Shown here in pieces: positions 56,891-64,000 of a stretch of 64,000 bases of DNA; the first letter of the stretch is position 1; every line of letters starts with the position of its first letter. Below the pieces are notes generated by a model that saw only the letters and a list, made by a program, of their open reading frames with translations, was not told the origin of the DNA and searched no databases. Position numbers and translations under genes: made by a program. The stretch comes from Candidatus Versatilivorator sp. (GTDB taxonomy: Bacteria > Acidobacteriota > Terriglobia > Versatilivoradales > Versatilivoraceae): assembly GCA_965207735.1 (NCBI GenBank), contig OZ242296.1, forward strand, positions 2,976,001-3,040,000, read 5' to 3'.

Positions 56891-58396
56891 TCAGACCAGA
56901 ATTTCTTTCATCACCCGGCCGCCCAGGTCGGTGAGGCGTTTGAAGCGTCCGGCGTGGTAATAGGTGAGCTGCATGTCATCCAGCCCCATGCAGTGCAGGA
57001 TGGTGGCATGCAGGTCGTGCAGATGGTAGACGTTTTCGGCGGCATTGATGCCCAGTTCGTCGGTGGCGCCGACTACCGTGCCTCCCTTGATGCCGGCCCC
57101 GGCGAACCACATGATCATGGCGTCCTTGTTGTGGTCGCGGCCCGGGTTGGACCGGAAGAAGTCCATCGAGTTGTCGGCGGTGCGGCCGAATTCCCCGCCC
57201 CAGACCACCAGGGTTTCGTCCAGCAGGCCCCGCTGCTTGAGGTCCTTGAGGAGACCGGCCACCGGCTGGTCGGTTTCCAGGCCCCGTTTGCGGTGCTCCA
57301 GGGCGATATTCTCGTGGGAGTCCCAGCCTTCGCAGTAGATCTGGACGAAGCGCACCCCCCTTTCCACCAGGCGGCGGGCCATCAGGCACTTGCGGGCCAT
57401 GTGCTCCGACATGGCGTGGTTGAGCCCGTAGAGCTCCTTGATGTCCTCCGGCTCCTTGTCGATGTCCAGGGCCTCGGGGACGGCGAACTGCATGCGGAAG
57501 GCCAGCTCGTAGTTCCGCATGCGCCCCAGCAGGTCGCTGTTGGAGGGGTGGGACCCCAACAACCTTCGGTTGAGCCGGTTGAGCAGTCCGATGCTGGCCT
57601 CCTGCCGCTGCGGCGTCACTCCTTGCGGGGGTTCCAGGTCCACAATCGGGACCCCCTCGGAGCTCAACAGGGTCCCCTGGCACACGGCCGGCAGGTAGCC
57701 GTTGGAGTAGTTGACGGCTCCTCCCTCGATCCCCCGGCGCTTGTCGGGCAAGACCACGAAGGCCGGCAGGTTCTGGTTCTCGGTGCCCAGGCCGTAGACC
57801 GCCCAGGAGCCCAGGGACGGGCTGCCGGGAATGGGAAGTCCGGTGTTCATCAGGAAGCTGCCCACCGGGTGGCTGCTGGAATCGGTGTGGAGGGACCTGA
57901 CCACGGCCATATCGTCAACGCAGGTAGCCAAGTGGGGAAAGATCTCGGAGACTTCGGTGCCACTCTTGCCGTGCCGGGCGAACTTGAAGGGGCTCCCGAC
58001 GTAGATGCGCTTTTCCAGGCTGCCGTAAATGCGGGTCACCGGGGTGCCGTGGAAGCGGGACAGCGCCGGCTTGGGGTCGAAGGTGTCCATCTGGCTGGGA
58101 GCACCGAACATGAAAAGAAAGATGCAGGACTTGGCCTTGCCGGGCAGGTGGGGAGGCTTGGGGGCCAGAGGATTGCCGGTGGTCTTGGAGGCGGCCAGCA
58201 GGCCCTCCTGGCAAAGCATGGAGGAAAGCGCCACCGATCCCAACCCCTTGCCGAGTCGGTAGACGAATTCCCTCCGGCCCAATCCCGGGTCGTTTGCGGC
58301 CGGCACGGGCTCCAGGTCGCTGCAGAGCTGCACTCCGTTGTTTCGCAGGAGCCATTGGCCCTTGCCGACTCTTGACGGTTGCCTGTCGTATTTCAT
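56891..58396 (-). CDS. DUF1501 domain protein
   Basis: GAPSQMDTFDPKP, ARRLVERGVRFVQ, WGGEFGRT and GRDH motifs. Confidence 0.93.
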   Translation of the reverse strand: MKYDRQPSRVGKGQWLLRNNGVQLCSDLEPVPAANDPGLGRREFVYRLGKGLGSVALSSMLCQEGLLAASKTTGNPLAPKPPHLPGKAKSCIFLFMFGAPSQMDTFDPKPALSRFHGTPVTRIYGSLEKRIYVGSPFKFARHGKSGTEVSEIFPHLATCVDDMAVVRSLHTDSSSHPVGSFLMNTGLPIPGSPSLGSWAVYGLGTENQNLPAFVVLPDKRRGIEGGAVNYSNGYLPAVCQGTLLSSEGVPIVDLEPPQGVTPQRQEASIGLLNRLNRRLLGSHPSNSDLLGRMRNYELAFRMQFAVPEALDIDKEPEDIKELYGLNHAMSEHMARKCLMARRLVERGVRFVQIYCEGWDSHENIALEHRKRGLETDQPVAGLLKDLKQRGLLDETLVVWGGEFGRTADNSMDFFRSNPGRDHNKDAMIMWFAGAGIKGGTVVGATDELGINAAENVYHLHDLHATILHCMGLDDMQLTYYHAGRFKRLTDLGGRVMKEILV

Positions 58397-58411
58397 AATT
58401 ACGAACGCCTT

Positions 58412-60919
58412 TTACTCCAGATAGATGAATTCGTTCATGTTCAGCAACACCAGGCAGAGCTCCTGCAAGCTTCCCTGCTGTCCTTTCAGCCCCGAGGCGG
58501 CCCCGGAGGAATCGCCCAGCGCAGCAGGAGTCAGGGTGAGCCGGCGCGGCGCCGGCTGCAGGAAAACCAGGCAATCCACCGCTTCCGAGGGATCGGGATC
58601 CCGCTGCAAGGCCAACTGGAAGGCTCGCTTGACCTGCAGGGCCACATCCTCCCCAACCTCTTGTCGAATGCGACCTGCCATGGCCCCGGCCTGCTGGTGG
58701 GCGAAGGCTCCGTTGAACAGCGAGAAGACCTGGCTGGTGACGGTGGTGACGTTTCGGACGGCGCACCTCTCGGAGGTGTTGGGTCCGTCGAATACGGTCA
58801 TCATCGGGAGTTGGAAGGACCGCATCTGCAGCATGTAGATGCTGCGACGGTTCCTGTCTTCCTGGGGAGAGGGCTCCCACCAGGTGCGAGAGCGCTTCTG
58901 CCACTCATCCTCGGCGGCCGGAAGGAAGGGCGGTCCGCCCATGACCGGGTTCAGGTTGCCGCTTACGGACATCAGGCTGTCCCGAATGACCTCGGCCTCG
59001 GCCCGAATGGGGCTGCGCTTCCACAGCAACTGGTTGGCTGAGTCGATCTCCTCGAACGCCGCGTTCTCCGGGTTCTCCACCGACTGGCGATAGACGCTCG
59101 AATGCAGGATCAGGCGGTGCATTTCCTTGACGCTCCAGCCTCCCTCCACAAACTGCCAGGCGAGCCAGTCGAGAAGATCCTGATGGTGGGTGCCGCTGCC
59201 GTTCCTGCCGAAATCGCTGGCCGTCCTCACCAGTCCCTGGCCGAAGTGGTGCTGCCAGATGCGGTTGACCATGACCCGGGCCGTCAGGGGATTGTCCCGG
59301 CTGGCGATCCACTCCGCCAGCAGCTTGCGCCGGCTGCGCCCCAGCCCGTCCAGGTTGGCGGGCTTGGAATGGCCGGTAACCGCGCTCAGGAACCCCGGTT
59401 TGACCTCGTCGCCCCTAAGCTTGAGATTGCCCCCCTTCAGGACATAGGTGGCCACCGCGCTGGTCAAGGGAGCGTCGGAGGTAAGGTAGGCCATCGCCTT
59501 GTAGTAGTCGGGGCTGCTGGGATTGGCGAAGCGGGCCGTCTGCCGTGTGATCAGAGCCAGCCGATCCTTTTCCTCCCGGGTGTAGAAGTCCCCCTTGGCG
59601 AAGGGCATCCGCTTGAGATCGGGGACGACCCAGTCCTTGAGGTCCTGAGGACTCATCAGGGTGTAGTGCGGCGCTTCCCGCTTTTTAAGCTCGGCCCTGA
59701 AGGCCTCGGCGGCCTGTTTGCGCTCATCAAGCACCTGGTCCCAGGCCTCCGACTTTTGTTTCCACCAATCGGGTTGCTGAAGAGGGGCTTCGTACTGGGT
59801 GAATTTCAGGGGCTTGGCGCTGAATGTCAGAGGAGCGAAGAAGGCTTCCAGCCGGTAGTAATCGCGGGTGGGAATGGGGTCGTACTTGTGGTCGTGGCAG
59901 CGGGCACATCCCAGCGTAACCCCCAGAAAGGTCTCGCCGGTAGTGTCCACCACGTCGATCAGGACGTCCCGCCGGCCTTCCGCGGCGCTGCGTTCCACCC
60001 GCACTCCCAGCGTCAGGAAGGAGGCCCCGATTCTCCCTTCCTCCCCATAAGCCGGAAAGGCATCTCCCGCCAACTGTTCCTTGATGAAGCGGTCGTAGGG
60101 ACGGTCCTGGTTGAAGGCCCGGATGACGTAGTCCCGGTAGCGCCACATGTGGGCGCGCGGGTATTCCAGCCCGCCGCCCCGCGTGTCGGCGTAGCGCACC
60201 AGGTCCAGCCAGTGCCGTCCCCAACGCTCGCCGTAGCGGGAGTCGGCCAGCAGCCGCTCGACAGCCCGGGAGTAGGCCTCGGACGACGAATCCTGCAGGA
60301 AGCGGGCCATGTCCTCGGGAGTCGGAGGCAGTCCGATCAACCCGAAATAGAGCCGCCGCAGCAAGGCCCGGCGGGAAGCGGGGGGCGCCGGCTGCAGTTC
60401 CTTCTTCTCCAATCGCGCCAGGATGAAAGCGTCGATGGGGTTGGCCACCCAATCCTGCTGCCTGACTTGGGGAACATCCGGCTCCTTCAACTCAGTCCAG
60501 GGCCAACCGGGCTTGTCCTGCTGCGTTCCCCCGGCCTCTTCAGAGACCGCCATCCCGTCGATCCATCGGGCAACCAGATCGATTTCCTCCGCGGACAGGG
60601 CACTGCCGCCCAAGGGCATGGCCGGCTGCCTCTCCCCCCGCAGGCGAAGCATCAGCGGACTGTCGGCGCTGTTCCCGGCAATGACGGCCGGTCCGTCCAG
60701 AGCGCCTCCCTTCAGCACCGATTCCACGGTTTCCAGAATCAGGCCGCTACGGTGGGATTGGGAACTGTGGCAACTGCCGCAGTTGCTCTCCAGAATGGGC
60801 CGGACATCCTGCGCGAAGCCGGGAGCGGCATCGGTCGGGTTGGAGGCGCCCAGACTGCTTCCATTCAGAAACAGGCCGAACAGGCCCAGGCCGAGCCAGT
60901 TCAGGTGGAACCTCGACAC
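58412..60919 (-). CDS. Planctomycete cytochrome c with DUF1549/DUF1553 (PSD1) domains
   Basis: CGSCH and CARCH heme motifs; YGERWGRHWLD; NPLTARVMVNRIWQHHFG; start inferred. Confidence 0.92.
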   Translation of the reverse strand: MSRFHLNWLGLGLFGLFLNGSSLGASNPTDAAPGFAQDVRPILESNCGSCHSSQSHRSGLILETVESVLKGGALDGPAVIAGNSADSPLMLRLRGERQPAMPLGGSALSAEEIDLVARWIDGMAVSEEAGGTQQDKPGWPWTELKEPDVPQVRQQDWVANPIDAFILARLEKKELQPAPPASRRALLRRLYFGLIGLPPTPEDMARFLQDSSSEAYSRAVERLLADSRYGERWGRHWLDLVRYADTRGGGLEYPRAHMWRYRDYVIRAFNQDRPYDRFIKEQLAGDAFPAYGEEGRIGASFLTLGVRVERSAAEGRRDVLIDVVDTTGETFLGVTLGCARCHDHKYDPIPTRDYYRLEAFFAPLTFSAKPLKFTQYEAPLQQPDWWKQKSEAWDQVLDERKQAAEAFRAELKKREAPHYTLMSPQDLKDWVVPDLKRMPFAKGDFYTREEKDRLALITRQTARFANPSSPDYYKAMAYLTSDAPLTSAVATYVLKGGNLKLRGDEVKPGFLSAVTGHSKPANLDGLGRSRRKLLAEWIASRDNPLTARVMVNRIWQHHFGQGLVRTASDFGRNGSGTHHQDLLDWLAWQFVEGGWSVKEMHRLILHSSVYRQSVENPENAAFEEIDSANQLLWKRSPIRAEAEVIRDSLMSVSGNLNPVMGGPPFLPAAEDEWQKRSRTWWEPSPQEDRNRRSIYMLQMRSFQLPMMTVFDGPNTSERCAVRNVTTVTSQVFSLFNGAFAHQQAGAMAGRIRQEVGEDVALQVKRAFQLALQRDPDPSEAVDCLVFLQPAPRRLTLTPAALGDSSGAASGLKGQQGSLQELCLVLLNMNEFIYLE

Positions 60920-61292
60920 TTTGCGGTCTGGCGTGCTCGACCGATGCAGGCAGGTCAAGGCTCGAAGTGTTGGTGCGCTGGAAACCACCCCGATACCCCC
61001 TCTTGGGCTGAATTTGGGAACATTGAAATGTGTCACACTCCCCCGGCGGTTGTCAAGCGCAACAGGGAAAGCACAGCGGCCCATCGGACGGGGCGCCGGG
61101 ACGGTGAAGGACGCCGGCGGCGAACCGGCCACAATGGCTTGACCTGCCTTCCCCAACTGCGCCAAACTAGCGTTTTTCAGTGAGCAGTGACCGGGCAAGA
61201 AGGGCAGCTTGCCCCAAACCCTTACCAGGGAGTGCGCCGCTGGCGTTTGTCTCCGGGACCTGGAGCGCACCGCACCCAACGGAGGAAACGGC

Positions 61293-62510
61293 ATGAACCC
61301 AAAACGGGAACAGTTGCTGTCGGACGGATACGTGATCCTGCGCCAGGTCGTTCCCCCCGAACAACTGGATCGTTTGCGCAGCGATATCGAGACGGTGGTG
61401 GCTCGCCAGCGAGCCGGCGACCCCCAATGGGACACGACGCCGCAGCCGCGGGCTTCCATCGTAGACCAGGTGGATGCGGAGACCATCGGCGCCTTCGAGT
61501 TCCTGTTGCACCCCAACACCCACGGGGTCAGCGCCGAGGTGCTGGACTGCCCGACGGAGGCGGTGGCCTCCAACCAGGCCCTGGTCATCTGCAATCCCGA
61601 ATTTACGCCGGAAGCCCCCCCGCGGCCGGGACAGAACTGGGGGACCGATCCCCGCAACTGGCACCGTGACGTGCGGCCCGACCGGGATGGACCTCTGAGT
61701 GCGCACATCGAGGATCAGCTGGCCAACGGTCCCGGCTACGTGCAGTGGAATATCGCTCTTTACGAGGACCACATCCTCTACGTGGTCCCGGGCAGCCACC
61801 GCCGGCTGAGCACCGAGATCGAGTCCTCCCACCTGCAGGGGGAGCGCGGAACCACCAGTCCGGTTCCCGAGAGCCGGCCCGTGGAACTGGGGCCGGGGGA
61901 CGGCGTGGTCTACAACAACCTGATGCTGCACTGGGGCAGCAAGTACGGCCCCGAGAAGAAACGCCGCACCGTCCACCTGGGCTATCGCTCCTTCGGCCGC
62001 ACCTTTCCGCGCCAGCAGTGCAACCTGCCCATGGGCTTCTGGAACCGGTTCGCGGCAGGGACGCCGCAACGGCGGGTGGCTGAACACTGGTTCGGACTCT
62101 TTCAAACCGAGTTTGCCACCATCGAGGAGACCTTCCGAGCGGTTCTCTCGGGAAACGGGCAGGAGTTTCGGGCCGGACTGAGCCGCCTGCATCCGCCGGA
62201 AAACGGCCGGAGGACCTGCCTGATCCTGTTGGCCAAGCTGGCCCTGTCACTCCACAGGCAGAGAGGCTTGCCGGGGGATGAGGGCACCGGCCAGTCGGTT
62301 TACGATTGGCAGCTTCAGGAACTGGTTTCCCGTTTCACCGACCGGGAACTGGAACGCTTGTGGCGGCGTTTCGAGCCCATCGACGAGGCCCTGCGAAGCG
62401 GCGCCTCCAGGCATGTCTCCGGTTTCCTGGGACCGACCACCGACTACGAGTTCGAGCAGGTGCCGGCGGGGATGACGGCCGAGGGGATATGCGCCGAGGT
62501 TCTGGGTTAG
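61293..62510 (+). CDS. Phytanoyl-CoA dioxygenase (PhyH) family protein
   Basis: DGYVILR, WHRD, VVPGSHR and LGPGDGV...LHWG motifs. Confidence 0.88.
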   Translation: MNPKREQLLSDGYVILRQVVPPEQLDRLRSDIETVVARQRAGDPQWDTTPQPRASIVDQVDAETIGAFEFLLHPNTHGVSAEVLDCPTEAVASNQALVICNPEFTPEAPPRPGQNWGTDPRNWHRDVRPDRDGPLSAHIEDQLANGPGYVQWNIALYEDHILYVVPGSHRRLSTEIESSHLQGERGTTSPVPESRPVELGPGDGVVYNNLMLHWGSKYGPEKKRRTVHLGYRSFGRTFPRQQCNLPMGFWNRFAAGTPQRRVAEHWFGLFQTEFATIEETFRAVLSGNGQEFRAGLSRLHPPENGRRTCLILLAKLALSLHRQRGLPGDEGTGQSVYDWQLQELVSRFTDRELERLWRRFEPIDEALRSGASRHVSGFLGPTTDYEFEQVPAGMTAEGICAEVLG

Positions 62511-62630
62511 CCGTATTGGTTCTTCCATTCCGGCCCGACGCTGCTTCCCGCCTGATACCGGCTTTCATTGAGCCAAGATAGGAAACTGAAGGCAGTCGCA
62601 ATCAGACGCAACACTGAAGGAGGTTGTCCC

Positions 62631-63956
62631 ATGACCACTCGACGTGCGTTTCTCAAGCAACTTGGCGCCGTTTCGGCAGTCTCGCCACTGATAGCGAGTG
62701 CGCTGCCGGCCCGGCCTTCTCCCAAGGACAACGACGCCATGGCCCGGGCGCTCAAGGAGTTCGAGCCTCGGGGCTGGAAGCGGCACATGCTCATTCAGGG
62801 AGACGGCAAGGGAGGCTGGGTGGTTCGGAAGGCCGAGATTAATTTCCATCACTACACCCCTCCGGGCCGCCGCCCCCATCCCCTCCAGGGACAGGGGATC
62901 TGGGCTTTCGGCGTGGTCGAGATGGACAACGGCGAGCTGGTCCTGCTGGCCAGTTGGGACACCGACAGTGACCAGACTCACGGGACCGACCCGACCTGTG
63001 AGGACTTCAAGGGACCCATCGCCTGCGAGAAGCTGATGATCGCCTTCAGCAGCGACAAGGGGCAGACCTGGACCAACTTCCGCAGGATCGAGGGAGGCGA
63101 AGGGCGTCCGGTGCAGTTGACCTATCTGGGCAAGGGGAACCTGATGTTCCAGACCGACCGGGTGAGTCCCATCCTGCAGTACTTCAGCAGCGACTACGGG
63201 CGGACCTGGGAAACCAACGAGTTGCCGCTAAGCTCGGACGGGAAACTCTTCTCACCCTGTGACAGCAACAACCTGGTCGACCGCGATGCCGAGGGCGTCG
63301 CCGTCCGACTCGCCCAGATCGGCTACCAGTGGCCGGCGGAACCGTCCATCGGAATGGTGCGCTGGTCCGAGGACGGTGGCCGGACCTGGGGCAAGGAGGT
63401 CGCGCCGCCCCAGTGGCAGTGGCCGGTGGAATATCGCGGACGCACCTACACCGTGGCCACCAACGAAGGCTCTTTGGTGCGGGCCGCCAACGGCTCGCTG
63501 GTAGCGGCCCTCAGGACCGATCTTCATCCCCGGATTCGGACCCTCAACAACGGGGGTCTGGCGGGTACGGTTGTGTCCATCTCCAAGGATGAGGGACTCA
63601 CCTGGTCGCCGATCAAGGTGCTCTTCGAGGCCGGACGCCACCACCCTCACCTGCTGCGACTGCCCAATGGCGACATCGTGATGACGGTCATCCTGAGACA
63701 GGACGTGGAAAACGGCAAGCTGGTCAGCTACCGCCGCGGCTGCGAAGCGGTGATCAGCCGCGACAACGGCCAGAGCTGGGACGTGGCCCACCGCTACATC
63801 CTGGACGACTTCGAGTACTCCAACGGCCTTCCCCTGAGCACGGCCACCGGCCACCTCTACTCCACCCTGCTCGACGACGGCCACATCCTCACCTGCTACG
63901 GGCACTATCCCTCCAAGGGCGCCTGCCTGATTCGCTGGAAGCCCACCGCGGCCTGA
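62631..63956 (+). CDS. Tat-exported BNR/Asp-box sialidase-family protein
   Basis: TTRRAFLK signal; five Asp-boxes (SSDKGQTW, SSDYGRTW, SEDGGRTW, SKDEGLTW, SRDNGQSW). Confidence 0.88.
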   Translation: MTTRRAFLKQLGAVSAVSPLIASALPARPSPKDNDAMARALKEFEPRGWKRHMLIQGDGKGGWVVRKAEINFHHYTPPGRRPHPLQGQGIWAFGVVEMDNGELVLLASWDTDSDQTHGTDPTCEDFKGPIACEKLMIAFSSDKGQTWTNFRRIEGGEGRPVQLTYLGKGNLMFQTDRVSPILQYFSSDYGRTWETNELPLSSDGKLFSPCDSNNLVDRDAEGVAVRLAQIGYQWPAEPSIGMVRWSEDGGRTWGKEVAPPQWQWPVEYRGRTYTVATNEGSLVRAANGSLVAALRTDLHPRIRTLNNGGLAGTVVSISKDEGLTWSPIKVLFEAGRHHPHLLRLPNGDIVMTVILRQDVENGKLVSYRRGCEAVISRDNGQSWDVAHRYILDDFEYSNGLPLSTATGHLYSTLLDDGHILTCYGHYPSKGACLIRWKPTAA

Positions 63957-64000
63957 GGGATGGCGATCAGGATCGCCGGTACAGCGGGAGCCCGTGATGA

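Noticed and set aside
43559-61183. Long antisense ORFs (e.g. 43559-45799, 48788-50737, 56693-58375, 59102-61183)
   Set aside because: Shadow frames of real genes, as expected in high-GC DNA.

Overview
GC-rich bacterial window. Gene content (Oar-like TonB receptor, DUF1501 with DUF1549/DUF1553, DUF1080, sialidases, ankyrin and MORN-type proteins) suggests Acidobacteria or a PVC-like lineage, possibly host-associated; this is inference only. The first ~16 kb is dense in mobile-element debris: integrase tails, IS1380, two IS630, IS1634, an IS5/IS1182-like element splitting an ECF sigma gene, several MITEs and pseudogenes. The rest is mostly carbohydrate and redox catabolism with scattered IS copies, REP-like repeats and a small recQ/toxin-antitoxin islet. 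The most notable element is an 869-nt ORF-less group II intron (24782-25650, minus strand) inserted exactly inside the terminal inverted repeat of an IS1380 copy. Its candidate EBS1 and EBS2 together are complementary to the first 13 nt of that repeat. No rRNA, tRNA or CRISPR array was found. All product calls come from motif recognition by eye, without database searches.
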